Of a stretch of 64,000 bases of DNA, positions 47,990 through 62,199 are shown in pieces. Source of the DNA: Octopus bimaculoides (taxonomy: Eukaryota); the NCBI RefSeq assembly GCF_001194135.2, contig NC_068984.1, positions 137,700,165 through 137,764,164 on the forward strand, written 5' to 3'. Made by a program: the position numbers and the translations under genes. The first letter of the stretch is position 1, and each line of letters starts with the position of its first letter. Below the pieces are notes generated by a model. That model ran no database searches, had not been told where the DNA came from, and worked only from the letters and a program-made list of their open reading frames with translations.

Positions 47990-48430
47990 CCAACAATACT
48001 CTTCAAAATGTATCGATGCTGAAAAAGGTTGCTAGTATGAATTGGATTCTACAAAAATCATACACTTAGAAGAACTAAAAGAGAAACACAATAATTGAAA
48101 AGAAAATTAATTGTTGAAGAGAATATTAACAAATGTCTCATCATATTCCATGACAATAGAACCAACAGTAAGAAAGTGTGGGTGACCTAACTAGAAATTC
48201 TCTTACCTTGCCCTAAGCTTCAAAATTTCATTTTAATCAAAGAGTGTTTCTAAACAAAGAATATTTTTATCCGTGTATTTGGAAACCTAATTTATGCAAG
48301 AACTTGTTCAGGATATGAAAAGTATTATATAGGACAAAGAAGAATGACATTAAAAAAACGAATTGTACTGTATAGATAGCAAGTTCGATTGCGTCGTTAA
48401 ATATTCAAATACAAATTTTCCCTTTATAGC
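47990..48430 (+). mobile_element. Penelope-like GIY-YIG endonuclease remnant
   Basis: 48281-48400 reads GNLIYARTCSGYEKYYIGQRRMTLKKRIVLYR*QVR (LIY..C..YIG..L..R pattern). Confidence 0.65.
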
Positions 48431-48769
48431 AATGTAGTGACAGAATATCTGAACAGTAGCGGATAAACAAGGGGATCCATTCAATAAAAATATCAACAGT
48501 GCTTAAATGTGCATATGTAATTAATCAATTAATTAACATTAATATTTATTACTATTATTAATTGAAGAATATGAATATTCCACTTATTGACTCCCATATT
48601 ACTGTTAATAACAATAAATTATTACCTCTCCATCGGTAGTTACTTATGAAATCTCGAAAATTCGTTTTTAATTACAAAGTTGAGAACATTATTAAAAATG
48701 TGAAACCGGTAGATTACTAAAACATTTCGATTTTGTCAGGCTTTCTACAAATATGTTCTTATTTCACCC

Positions 48770-48950
48770 CGGACAAAATGCTTAGCAGCATTACTTTCGG
48801 CTTTACGTTCTGAGTTCAAATTCTGCCAAAGCCAATTTTACCTTTTTCCTTTCGGGGACAATAAAATAAGTACCATTTGAGAACTGGGATCCATGCAATT
48901 GACTGTCTCCTTCCCACCAAATTTCCTGTCTTGTGCCTACAGTGGAAAGG
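48770..48950 (+). mobile_element. SINE family A, diverged
   Basis: CCGGACAAAATGCTTAGC..GTTCTGAGTTCAAATTC..AAATAAGTACC. Confidence 0.7.
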
Positions 48951-49358
48951 TGTTTAATTTTTCTTAATCAGACTCTTTCATCATGTTCCTTTCTTTCTCA
49001 GAGATACGGATATACGCACGCACGCACATACAGGTGAATACATAAAATCATATCTGTTATGGGTATCAGAATCGGTGGGCCGGTGGGCAAATACACTGTT
49101 TGGTGTTTGGTGGCGTCTCTTTACATTCCGATTTCAAACTGCTCCCGATTCAGTGTCGTCTTTCATCTTTGGAAAGTCGATGAAATAAGCAGCAAACAAG
49201 TACTGAGATCGATATAATCGACCATAGCTTTAACGGTAAAGTCTCAGTAATAGTAAATTAAGAAAAATAAATAATATATAAATATTTATTTATATGTATA
49301 CATATATACAAATATATATATATGTGTTGATGTATTCGTCTATGAGCGTGTGTGTGCG

Positions 49359-49397
<39 letters not shown>

Positions 49398-51039
49398 ATG
49401 TATGTATGTATATATGTCACATTCTCTTTTAAAAGGTGAATGAATGACACCTATAAGTTCTATGTCCAAGGAGACATTAATGTTGGGTGAATCAGTGCAG
49501 TAGAGGTTTTTTTTTCTCAGGCATGTGGCAAGAAATACTTATGTTGAGATTAAATTCACATCCTTCTAATATAAATGTGTATTGAGCACGTTTTCTTTTT
49601 TTTTTCTTTATTTGTGCGCTGATATATAGGGAGACATTTATATCTGTCTGTCTATCCAGTGACGCGAGAAGACTGTCGCCTATATTTTCGCAAGGTGACC
49701 AATTCATTTAGGTCATTTTTAGTGGTACAAGATGAATATCGCCACAAAAGGGTCCAACCACATTGCTTCTCTGCATATCTCGGCTGTTAAAAAAAATGGT
49801 ACATTTGATAATTCCGTGAGGAATTATTAAATGCCATGGAAGACAAGGATGGGTGAAGGACCAGGAACAAGCGAATCCAAGCAAACTCAACACCATATTC
49901 TCTCTCTCTCCCTCTCTCCCTCTCTCTCCTCTCTCTCCTCTCCTTTCTCTACCTCTGCCTGTCTGTTTGCCTGTCTGTCTGTCTCTATTCATCCGTCTAT
50001 CAGTATCTATTTATCTACCTATCTGCACACATGCACATATAGCTGGATTCAATGAATTATCGATCATTTGAGATTACGACAACTATCAATAATAACTTCG
50101 ATTTATAGCTACTTAGAGCAGTATGTTGCGGGATACTTCTTTTGTGCGATTTTTTAATAGTCTTTAATAATATTTGAAAATAGATACTAGATTATCTGTA
50201 GATACATAAATATCATACCAAGAGTAAGAATAAGAGGCTGCGCAAATATATATTTATGAATCATATTTATTATGCTCACTTGAGATTTAAAAGCAGTACT
50301 TTGTACGCTTTCCAGCCTTAGAACCATATGACTTAATTATACGCACTGTCTATTCTATACAGTTCTCTAACAGCGAGAAAAAGTTCTCACAGAAATGAAA
50401 CTTTAGCTTAGCATTGTTTACTTTTTAAAGTTATTTCACAGATTTTATATAGAAATTAGCGCCTGCACTGGAAGTTAAGACATTTTGTATATGAGTATAT
50501 CTACGCAAACAATGCAATCGAAGATAAAAACTTGATAAAGGGTGTATATGCATATCTCAGAAGTTATTGCGTCTTTTCAGTATCATATCCTACCCATTAA
50601 CCAGCCACGAACACATAGCTTATATAGGTGCCATGTAAGAATGGTATATCCAAGTGTATTACACGGTTATATTTGGTAGCGTATACGAAACGTCGTAATT
50701 TTCAGTGTTGCGTATAATTTCTATAGAAAATCTGAAGAAATAACCTCAAAAAGTGCTTTAATCGCACTGCTAGTGCAGGTAGAGGTGTGTGTATGCACAG
50801 TATTGACTTATAAAACTTTAATATACTTGGCAATATATCAAGGTTTCATAACGAAATACGGTGTCCTTATCAACAATTGTTTAGTGATGCTAATGACGAT
50901 TGTTTTACATGCTGTGTCTGGCCCGTCTCGCTACCCTCCTGTGCATCGTGACAGAAAGCTATGCTAATCAGGGACACAAGAAAAACCTCAATTGTTACAA
51001 CTCAAATGAAACAAACGGAGGTACATAAGTGCAAGAATG

Positions 51040-51390
51040 GTTGCGTGGTTAACAAGCTAGCTTTGCAATAGTATGGTTTCAGGGGTTTCGGGTTCACTCC
51101 CAATGCATAACATCTTGGGGATTGACCATTGTCTTGTGAATGAAGTTTGTAAATGGAAACCGTGTCGAAGTCCGTCGTGTATGAATGTGTGTGTATGTTT
51201 GTGTCTGTACTCTGCCATCACTTGATAACTGGTGCTGGTTTGTTAACGTCTTTGTAACTTAGCGGTTCGGCAAAGGATTAGATACAATAAGATCCTCAAT
51301 TGAAAAAAAATGTACTGAGGTTGATTTGTTCGACTAAAACCTTTCAAGGCAGTGCCCCAGCATGGCCGTAGTCTAATGACTGAAACAAAG
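51040..51390 (+). mobile_element. SINE family B, diverged
   Basis: GTAACTTAGCGGTTCGGCAAA..GTGCCCCAGCATGGCCGTAGTCTAATGACTGAAAC. Confidence 0.7.
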
Positions 51391-51771
51391 AAAACATTAA
51401 AATAATACGTAAGTAGTGTGATGGTTTACACTTATGAAATACTATAAAAATATCAATTTAGAAACAAACGGACAACAATAAAAATACATAAAAGAATTCT
51501 TGCCACAGCTGCTGTTTTAAAATGAATGCTGGAAACTAACTGTAGAGGAGCTTCGGGCAACCAGTGGGACTTAATTGTTTGGTAAGTGTCAATCAGGCGT
51601 ATAGCACATATGACAATAATCGCGAAAATAAATCCTAGTCGTTAGATTCCTGCAACTTTCATGTGTGGGACGTGCTCACCCCACACGTGTTGATAAGTTG
51701 CTTCCAGTGGCGTAGTGTAATGAAATGCATTGTGTCGTGTTCTTGTCTGCAGTATATTGTCTAGACACAGA

Positions 51772-51990
51772 GGTGGCGAGCTGGCAGAACCGTTAGCACG
51801 TCAGCAAAAATGCTTAGCGGCATTTGGTCTGTCTGTACCTTCTCAGTTCAAATTCCACCAAGGTCGACTTTTACCTTTCATCATTTCGGGATCGATAAAA
51901 TAAGTACCAGTTGAGCAGTAGGGTCAATTTCACCGACTTGCCCCCTCCCCCGAAATTGCTGGCCTAATGCCAAAATTTGAAGCCAATATA
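51772..51990 (+). mobile_element. SINE family A
   Basis: Head, core and CCAAAATTTGAAGCC tail. Confidence 0.85.
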
Positions 51991-52234
51991 TTGTCTACAC
52001 GTCAGTTTTATATAAGAGAACGCTGTGAACATAATTTAAGTAGAACATAACTTCAGTTGCTGGGTGTGAAAATTCTGATGGCAAACGAAAATAAGATTTC
52101 GTTCTTAATCGCGTATCAATTTCACTATCCAGCAGTATAATTTCTAGTAATGATGGTCATAAAATGTACGGAAATTTCAGAAGTCGAAAAATATCGTCTT
52201 GGATTGTCAAAGCAATTTGAATTAATTTGCAGAA

Positions 52235-52320
<86 letters not shown>

Positions 52321-53658
52321 ATTTGTCTATATATGAATACATACACGTGTATTTATATGCGCGCATGTATATACGATTGAATCGATGTGTGTACGTATAT
52401 ACATACACATACATATGCATATATATATATATATATATACATATATGTATACATATACATACACACACACACACACATATATACATACATACTCACATAC
52501 ACACACACGCATATATAATTTTAATAAATCAAGAATTTTTGTTGTGTTGTAACTAATATACACATATTTGTCTACGTAAATATTTGTCAAATATTTACCA
52601 TTGGCCTCTCAGCTATTTTTCTTAGCTCACTTTTATTTAAGTTATGCAACTTTTCTACTCTTTTCGTATAAGTCTGTATCCCTTATCTACTGGAGGTAAA
52701 GCTGGACAATATCGTGCTGATGGAGATTATTGAGGAAAACACANNNNNNNNNNNNNNNNNNNNNNNNNNNNNNNNNNNNNNNNNNNNNNNNNNNNNNNNN
52801 NNNNNNNNNNNNNNNNNNNNNNNNNNNNNNNNNNNNNNNNNNNNNNNNNNNNNNNNNNNNNNNNNNNNNNNNNNNNNNNNNNNNNNNNNNNNNNNNNNNN
52901 NNNNNNNNNNNNNNNNNNNNNNNNNNNNNNNNNNNNNNNNNNNNNNNNNNNNNNNNNNNNNNNNNNNNNNNNNNNNNNNNNNNNNNNNNNNNNNNNNNNN
53001 NNNNNNNNNNNNNNNNNNNNNNNNNNNNNNNNNNNNNNNNNNNNNNNNNNNNNNNNNNNNNNNNNNNNNNNNNNNNNNNNNNNNNNNNNNNNNNNNNNNN
53101 NNNNNNNNNNNNNNNNNNNNNNNNNNNNNNNNNNNNNNNNNNNNNNNNNNNNNNNNNNNNNNNNNNNNNNNNNNNNNNNNNNNNNNNNNNNNNNNNNNNN
53201 NNNNNNNNNNNNNNNNNNNNNNNNNNNNNNNNNNNNNNNNNNNNNNNNNNNNNNNNNNNNNNNNNNNNNNNNNNNNNNNNNNNNNNNNNNNNNNNNNNNN
53301 NNNNNNNNNNNNNNNNNNNNNNNNNNNNNNNNNNNNNNNNNNNNNNNNNNNNNNNNNNNNNNNNNNNNNNNNNNNNNNNNNNNNNNNNNNNNNNNNNNNN
53401 NNNNNNNNNNNNNNNNNNNNNNNNNNNNNNNNNNNNNNNNNNNNNNNNNNNNNNNNNNNNNNNNNNNNNNNNNNTATATATATATATATATATATGACGT
53501 CCTGTACCCGGGTATGCATCTATATATACATGTAGATGTAGGTATGTACATATATGTATGTATAAATGCATATGCTCATATATCATTTGTACTATTATAT
53601 TATCGAACGCCACGCGTCCATTTGCAAGTAAGTTCCAACTTTATATTTCTGATGCGAC

Positions 53659-53713
<55 letters not shown>

Positions 53714-53722
53714 GTCTATCTG

Positions 53723-53762
<40 letters not shown>

Positions 53763-53981
53763 CTTACCTATCTCCCCCTCCCGTTCTGCTTCCTTCTGTT
53801 GTCCTTGCTTCTCCCCTTCACTGCTATACATATCTCTCTCACTTACTCTTCCTCCCTGTCTCTTGTCGCTCACCTTTGTTCCACTTCCTCCCTCTACCAC
53901 CCCTCTTTGCTCACATGTGACCTGTGGTCACTTGTCACTTTCTCATCCCAGCCAGCATAAAGACAAGACGAAACTACTATT

Positions 53982-54553
53982 GGATCTTTTTTAAAACGGG
54001 GGCCACATTTTTCATTAATGTTTTACGTAGTGTTTTTGGTACGGAAAGACTTTCAAACTTCGTATACTTATCTATTTTGTGTTATAGAACAGAAAAATAT
54101 TTTTGTATTCGAATTTATTTCATGTAAAAAATTGTCTTATTTCGATAATTTCAACCAATCACTGACGTCCATTCAGTCGATATACATTAAGTGCCGACTA
54201 CATAAACAAACGATTCTTCGTTTTATTTGCTTTTTTCATTTTAAATTTGCTTTAACCCTAACCCTAACCCTAGGGTTAGGGTTAGGGTTAGAGTTAGGGT
54301 TAGGGTTAGGATTAATTGTTTCAGAATCGTTTGTTTATGTAGTCGGCACTTAATGTATATCGGCTGAATGGACGTCAGTGATTGGTTGAAATTACAGAAA
54401 TACGACAACTTTAACATGGAATAATTTATGGATTTCTTTTTTTTTAAAGAAGACTAAGAGAAAAAGATGTTTTATATGACACATTCTACCAATGTTCCAA
54501 GTTTCAAAGTGTTTCGTTAATGAAAAATGTGGCCCCCGTTTTAAAAAAGATCC
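53982..54553. mobile_element. 572-bp foldback MITE, Merlin-like (GG termini, 8-bp TSD)
   Basis: Perfect 37-bp TIR GGATCTTTTTTAAAACGGGGGCCACATTTTTCATTAA; TSD CTACTATT at 53974-53981 and 54554-54561; inner 71-bp inverted arms at 54147-54217 and 54323-54393. Confidence 0.85.
54253..54310. repeat. Head-to-head telomere-type repeats (TAACCC)3 / (TTAGGG)n
   Basis: Direct reading; the strand switch is at CCCTAGGG in the centre of the MITE. Confidence 0.95.
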
Positions 54554-55622
54554 CTACTATTTCCCTGTTCAGCTTCGTCATATCACGACGTTCAATATTT
54601 CATCGCGTTTGGCCCTACGGCCTTTTAATGTTGTTTTCACATGACTTTTAAGAAATGGTAGTGTATTATCTAAAGCAGTCATTTATTATTATTATGGCCG
54701 GGTTCCAGCCCAGGTCAAAGCAGTCGTGAGCAAACGGTGACCCAAGGGACTTTCTGAATAGCTCACCTAAGGAAAAAAAAATCACCTTGGATATTTTTCG
54801 TAGTGCAACTCGCCTGATGAGGAGCCATGCCTCATGCGGCTATCTTCCCGAAAAAAGGTTGTTTAAGCCTGATTTAATGTATCAATCTTTTTAAGACGCT
54901 AATGAACAGTTTGATGATATGGTCCTATATACACAATCTAAAATCGATAGGATTGTTAAGAGTAAAATGGTTTTGAACATAAGTCTGTTTGATTAATGCT
55001 GACCTGAGGATAAACAATAAAAACAAGAATAACACTTTTTCTTTTCTTTGGCAAGTCATTAAATATGAAATGCAATTTATTATAGACATTCTGCTAATTA
55101 GATATATTTAAGTTATTACTATGATTTAATTTACTTCATAAATTCAACAACGAAATAAAATGATACAAGCATACTGTTAAACACATTTGTAAAAGAAGAC
55201 CTGTTTAGTTGAAAATAGCCTTCAGCTGTCTTCTATACCGTCGTATTAAAGATTACTTTGATGTGATGATTTTAGCGCGACCAGACACTTCGCTGAAATT
55301 ATAAACACGGCCATCGGCTTTTGTTAGATTTATCGGTGTGAGTAGTGTTGGCTGACAATACACCTGTCGAAACACCAGTGACCCAGAATTTCTTGCGCTA
55401 ACGAATCGAGTGTATTATGGACAAATAGTAGTCATAAGTGAGAAGCAGTTCTGCTGAGACGAAACACAACAACAGTTAGCATATTTGCACTCGAATCTAC
55501 TGGAATGTATTAAGCATAAATATAACGGATTCTCAGATGAAGATGCCAAATAAATAGGACGTACGCTCATCAAGCGAACTTGGGACTTTGGTTCCAAATA
55601 AAGGTTTGTTATCCTTTGCACT

Positions 55623-55699
<77 letters not shown>

Positions 55700-55716
55700 T
55701 ATATACACATATTGTA

Positions 55717-56124
55717 GGCGCAGGAGTGGCTGTGTGGTAAGTAGCTTGCTTACCAACCACATGGTTCCGGGTTCAGTCCCACTGCGTGGCACTTTGGGCA
55801 AGTGTCTTCTACTATAGCCTCGGGCCGACCAAAACCTTCTGAGTGGATTTGGTAGACGGAAACTGAAAGAAGACCGTCGTATATATATGTATGTATATAT
55901 ATATGTGTGTGTGTTTGTGTCTGTGTTTGTCCCCCCAACATCGCTTGACAACCGATGCTGGTGTGTTTATGTCCCCGTAACCTGGCGGTTCGGCAAAAGA
56001 CACCGATAGAATAAGTACTAGGCTTACAAAGAATAAGTCCTGGGGTTGATTTGCTCGACTAAAGGAGGTGCTCCAGCATGGCCGCAGTCAAATGACTGAA
56101 ACAAGTAAAAGAGAGTAAAAGAGT
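55717..56124 (+). mobile_element. SINE family B, full length, young
   Basis: Complete head to AGTAAAAG tail. Confidence 0.92.
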
Positions 56125-57823
56125 ATATCTATTTACTCACACATAAACAGACGAAAGTCTATAATCAGAACTTAAACTGACGACTGAAAGCAACACTTCT
56201 TATTTAACTATTTTTTTTTTCTATTGGCAATATGACAAATTCTTGACTGCTCTAGTTTTTTTATATATGTGTCCATATGCAGTATGTATGTCTTGAACTT
56301 CATGATATAGACCTCCATTTTTCTTTTTTTCTTTTTTTTGTTGATATTTATATTTACCGCCACCAAAAACAGCAATAACACTAACAACAACAGCAACAGT
56401 CTAAACTCGAAAAGAACATGACAGTTGATAAATACACGTGAATAACTTGGACAGATGAACGATTTCTTTTATATTAGTTTTGCTCTTGAACTGTACTGTC
56501 ATATGAATTGATCCAAACATTAGATATATCATAGACGTATGTATACAAGTATATATAGATATATACATATATGAACCTATAGCTGAAGCCTTAAATGTTT
56601 GGTGAATGCATAGAAGGTGTGTTGGGAACAGAAACTTTTTTCAGTGATGAGAAGCGGGAAGAAAACTGTTCAACGTCGGGAGGTTCATAACGGAAGAAAA
56701 AATGCTGATTGTCGGTGTATGTCTGTCGTTGAATATGTGTGAGTGTGTGTGTGTGTGTGTTTCAAAAGTATGTTTATTTCGTGTATAGGTAGTCAGGAGT
56801 ATGTGTATTTGCGTGCGTTTGATGAGAGAATATTTATCGTACGTAGTAACAGATATATATGTATTTATTATTTATTTGTTCTTAGTTGTGGTGCTCACTG
56901 TCTGCGGTGTGCTCCATAGAAAAGAACAAAACAAAAGAAAGACAGACATGGGTGTGTTTCTGCGCAAGTGTTTCGCTCGCCGACGTGTGCTTATGTCAAT
57001 AGAAGTTGTGAGTGTGTGTGAATGATGATTGCGGGTATAATATTGTAGCAGTTTGCACGTGTTTATTTATGTGTGCGTGCGTGTGAGCATGTTTGAGTGT
57101 ATGTATGTGTGGGTGTCTGTGTGTGCCTGTCTGTCTGTCTCTGTGTGTGAGTGTGCGCACGTGTATATGTGTATGTCGAATTGTGGTGGTGTTTGTCTAT
57201 GATATGATGTGATGAAAATAGCAAGCTTTGTGATGATTCAGTGTAGCTGTGTTTTCTTAAGTATATATATATATATGAAAAACATGAATAGAGAAAATAA
57301 ATTGAGAATCTAAATCATGCGGTTGAAAAGTTCAGAGACGGAAAGTAAGTTCTTGCTTTCTTTGTAGGTGGAAGATGTAAAGCGAGACAAGAAACGAAGA
57401 TATGCCAATCACTACGGTCTACTGCGAGGAAATAACGTCGGGCGACCTGTTGTGAAAATTTGATGCTGCTTAGGTGCTCACTTGCTGCCACGGAAAAGTC
57501 GGCATCACAATTAAATTGCCTTTCATGTTCTCTTACATAGCACTTCGCCACATTAACAGTCCAGTAATCATCTTTTGAGATTTTCGACTTCACATTTCTT
57601 ACCTCACACCATTTCTTCTTTTAAGTGTGCAAGAAACCTTCTTGACTTACTGTTTCATCGCTCATTCTTCACACTACGCAACTGATCCCATCTTTCACTT
57701 GCTCACGCACGTGTTTCCACGTTTGCTGTTTCCTCAGCAACATTACCGCCCTTATCGGTCCTAACAGTCACTCCTTCCAAATCTTAGATTGTTTTACTTG
57801 CCGCCTCCCCCCACACGCGTCAA

Positions 57824-57857
<34 letters not shown>

Positions 57858-58133
57858 CGAGTACATACAAAACACACTTCCACAATTCTAAAAAGGACAA
57901 AATCAAAGGCGGACACAGAAAATAGTCGCACTGAGACACGCACATCTAGCTATGTATATACAACATCCGCACACACGAGTACTTTTGAAAGCACAGGCAC
58001 ATACATGTCACAGTTGACACATACACATAATTACAAATAAAATGATCTCGGTTGATACCACATGTTTTGCTTGTTTCTCCTCTGTTTTTAATATATATCT
58101 CTTTAGCATGTTTTCACTTTCCTTCGTTCTTTC

Positions 58134-58169
<36 letters not shown>

Positions 58170-58270
58170 TTTTAACCAGTCCTGGTGTTTTCTTTCAACA
58201 AATCCTTGCATAAGCGAAACACTTTCATAGAGCTGTTTACTAAAACTTACTCTACTCAAGTAAAAAGACC

Positions 58271-58304
58271 AACTGCTCTTCAGGTTTTTTTGTACGAATT
58301 TATA
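58271..58304 (-). promoter_or_regulatory. Candidate distal TATA/Inr core promoter
   Basis: TATAAA with first T at 58304, exactly 30 nt before the A of GCAGTT (58274); GTAAG donors downstream at 58250, 57650 and 57602. Confidence 0.35.
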
Positions 58305-58570
58305 TTTTCCTAAAAAGAAGTTCTAACAAGAACTAGACGTCTTTCGTTCCCAGTGGTCAGGAGTCTCTCAATCCTAGAATTTGGATGGTCAATGACTCTA
58401 CTGAGTTCATCTGTCCTGTGACAGGTTTTATTATCCGTCCTACAAGTATCCGACGAAAACCACCCTGCTTACCAAACAGGTTTGGTACGGTTACCGGCTG
58501 GACGCGGACGCCCGATCATGCACCAGACTGTAGTGAGTTATATGTTATCAGTAGTACTAAAAGAGCCCTG

Positions 58571-58602
<32 letters not shown>

Positions 58603-58632
58603 CTCACACGTACACACGCATTCTCTCTCTCA

Positions 58633-58681
<49 letters not shown>

Positions 58682-59199
58682 GCACGCACACACGCATATA
58701 AATACTATGACAGTTCATTAGAATCAGGAGACTAGTAATAACTTGGATCGACATCAATTGGATTAGAATTATTAACAAAATAAACGTATGTTGGTACATT
58801 CTGGGATGTTGGTGTGTCCTGGGATGAAGCAAGGACTGGAGTTTCTTGCAGCGCCCTTCATCTCTTGACGATTTGGCTTGGTAATTTTTATTCCAGTAGA
58901 ATATAGCCAACTTTTTATATTCATTCAGTTCTTCACCCATAATTATTATGATAATCTTTTACAAGAAGCGGTATTTTACCTAGCTGACAATCAATCTAAT
59001 ATCTTAACCGTTCTTATTTTCTTAGGGATCAGACATGACGAAAACCAAACCCAGAAAAATACCTAATGGAAGAAATCGAGCTCTAGATATATAAATAATG
59101 TAGTATGGCTCGCGTATGTCTAAACCAAACTTCTCATATTTTGAATTATGATTGTATTTACGTTCTGAAAGTTATTATTATTCTGACTTTTTCTCCTCT

Positions 59200-59660
59200 G
59201 CATAATAGTCGAACATTATTACTGAGGCAAATGAAGAAGTAGAAATATTTTGGAGCCATATCCACGAGTGGTTGGAAGCAGGAAGTTTAAAAGGATGTTT
59301 CAATTGCAGATACTGGCACAGGAATGAGCAACTCAAGTGTTTGATCCTTGCTATCTTCGATTCGGTTTTCGTGCCTATCCTCACTTATGATCATAAATAT
59401 ATAACGGCCGAAAGAATACGATCGCCAATACACGTGACCGAAATAGGTTTTCTCCAAAGGATCTCTGGAGTAATATTACTCAACAGGATGCGTACCTTGG
59501 AGAATCAAGAAGTTTCTCCAGGTCGAGACACTACTTCTCCGTTTTGAGAGACCACAGCTTCGGTGATACGGACACACGATTAAAATATCGCTGGTAGGAA
59601 TCGCAAAACGGATTATAGAAGTCGGATTAAGGATAGACAAAGAACGAAATGGTTGGACAA
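59200..59660 (+). mobile_element. RTE-clade LINE RT 3' fragment, decayed
   Basis: KYFGAI..; LAIFDSVFVPILTYDH..TAERIRS..TEIGFLQRISGV.LL.RMR, typical of the RTE RT C-terminus. Confidence 0.75.
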
Positions 59661-60141
59661 TATCTATAGTCTTAGTTAGTCATACTTGGAAATGTAATGT
59701 AATGTAATGACCGTTGCTTCCACATAGAGGCGATGCCTATCTTCACAACACTCCCAGGAATAGTGGGCGGAGAAGAGGAATGGATGGTTGGATGAGTGGA
59801 TGTCATGGTTCAGCTTAAAGAAAATCTGCTTCCTCCGGGTTTAATATTTCAGTTCCCTAAAAATAAGTGTTACATGAGAAACAATCTAAATTTATATGTC
59901 GTCAGTCTACAATTTACTGTAACCGCTTCATTAAAGCGTGTATGAACATGCACACAGCTTAGTTTGCTTGGATATTCTGTCTTGCAAATGATTATATGAT
60001 TGAGTTAATGAATTTTTAAAGCATCAGTTCCCAGAGTAATCAAGTGTTAATTTCCATATCGATGAGGCGTTAATAGGTTCCTAAACACTGTAGTATATGA
60101 TTCGAAAGTTTAATGTCCAGAAGTAATGAACATAAAACATG

Positions 60142-60207
<66 letters not shown>

Positions 60208-60696
60208 CGTCTGTCTGTCTGTCTGTCTGATACAGTATATCTCCATATATTCACCACGAGGTCCACACCAGTTTGCATTGTGGTGGTCTTGTGTGTCTCA
60301 ATGACCCTGATTGTTAGGTCAGTAGAGTGCAGTCTTCTGATAGGACAGGACCCACCGTGCTGGATAGGTCGAAGGAAAGAGACCAAACTAATATGGAACA
60401 TCTCTTACTAGAGGTAAAATAAATTTGCGTGGGCCAACACCCCCACTTAAAAATAGAAGAAAAAAAATCAAAAGTTACAGAAGCATCGATAACAATTCAA
60501 GACTATCACTCCTTGGGAGAGGAAGGCCTAAAAGACAGGCAACAAAGAAGAGTGGAGAAAAGTCACCGATGAACTATGCACCACAAGCAACAAATGACTT
60601 TAGTAAGTATATCTCCACGTATGATAACAATTATATAATCCACGAAGATAGGAAAAGAATAATTATTCTATTGTCCCTCACTGAGTATAATGTACT

Positions 60697-61054
60697 GTGG
60701 AGGCGCATTGGCTCAGTAGTTAGAACAGCGGACTCGCGCTCGAAGGATCGCAGTTTCGATTCCCAGACTGGGCGTTGTGAGTGTTTATTGAGCGAAAACA
60801 CCTAAAGCTCCATGAAGCTCCGGCAGGGGCTGGTGGCGAACCCTGCTGTAATCTTTAACCGCAACTTTCTCTCACTCTTACTTCCTGTTTCGGTTGTACC
60901 TGTATTTCAAAGGGCCAGCCTTGTCACACTCTGTGTCACGCTGAATCTCCCCGAGAACTACGTTAAGGGTACACGTGTCTGTGGAGTGCTCAGCCACTTG
61001 CACGTTAATTTCACGAGCAGGCTGTTCAGTTGATCGGATCAACTGGAACCCTCG
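60697..61054 (+). mobile_element. SINE family C lacking its last about 25 nt
   Basis: Matches 9244 up to GGAACCCTCGA. Confidence 0.9.
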
Positions 61055-61964
61055 AGTTTAACTGCTATTTCTAGCAGTTCGAGGAACTGCGTAGAGGTTG
61101 TCCCATTAGCTCTTAACTCTGCTGGAAGTACTTTAAAGTCTGTTCTTCACTGATGTGATTATAATAAACACATATTTTCTGTTTGATATGGATCTTTGAA
61201 TCTCTCGTTAAATCATTTGTATCATTTCCCAAATGAGTTGAATGACGTAACGAAGCAATGTTGTTGAAACTAGATAATCTGATAAAAACATTAAAGCTAC
61301 ATCACACTGTCGAAGAATGGATCTTCAGTTTCTCTTGTACCATATTCTTAGGAATATGAAGAAGATATTGCTAGTAGAAGATATCATGTATCTGATTTAG
61401 AAATCTTGGAGGAGCAAATTGAGCGAAACGACTCACAGAACATCAAAACTACATCGTAAATACGGTATTTCAAGAGTTTAACACCTCTTTGCAGTGAATG
61501 TGCTAACATTCTGTTTTCAAACATGGCGGGTGTTATAAGTTCAGTGGGATTATATTTGCATATCATTTAAATAGCTGAATATATTCAAGTCTCAAGTATC
61601 TTGTGTAAAGAGTAAATGTTACTCAATAGAGATTTTCTGTACAAATTGCAAATATATTTCTCATTCGATAATTGCTCATGTATCTGGATAGAGTCCATTA
61701 AATACACATATACACAAAAACACACCATGTTAACGATATTCTAAAAAATATAGGTCTTTTTGTTCATTTCTATGCTTTCCCCTATATTTGTGAGTCTGAA
61801 AATGAGCAACAGTACCTGACAGGTAACAATACTATTGACGTTTGTATTTATTTGTATCTTGTATGTACAGTTAGATGTATGACTACTACTGTATAAATTA
61901 GAGCTCCACGTAGAATATCATTAACCCACCCCCACCTGTTCTTAGCGTTGTAGTTATCATATAA

Positions 61965-62175
61965 GGCAGCGAGCTGGCAGAGTCGTTAGCACGCTGGAAG
62001 AAATACTTAGCGGTGTTTCGCCCGTCGCTACATTCTGAGTTCAAATCCCGCAGAGGTCGATTTTGCCTTTCCTCTTTTCGGGGTCGATAAATTAAGTACC
62101 GGCAAAACACCGGGGTCAATCTAATCGACTACCCCCTCCCCCAAATTCCAGGCCTTGTGCCTATAGTAGAAAGGT
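61965..62175 (+). mobile_element. SINE family A (short tail)
   Basis: Head, core and GGCCTTGTGCCTATAGTAGAAAGG tail. Confidence 0.85.
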
Positions 62176-62199
62176 TATTAGTTATATACGAAGCATTCA

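Noticed and set aside
48640-48670. Hammerhead remnant downstream of the GIY-YIG fragment (CTTATGA..GAAA)
   Set aside because: The core is mutated and there is no stem II.
54253-54310. Telomere-telomere chromosome fusion site
   Set aside because: The repeats are short and lie inside a TIR- and TSD-bounded element, so transposition explains them.
54795-54858. Hammerhead-like CTGATGA...CGAAA
   Set aside because: Stems I and II cannot be closed cleanly at the core; possibly decayed but not supportable.
57315-57593. 92-aa minus-strand ORF
   Set aside because: No recognisable motif or acceptor; it lies just inside a candidate intron.
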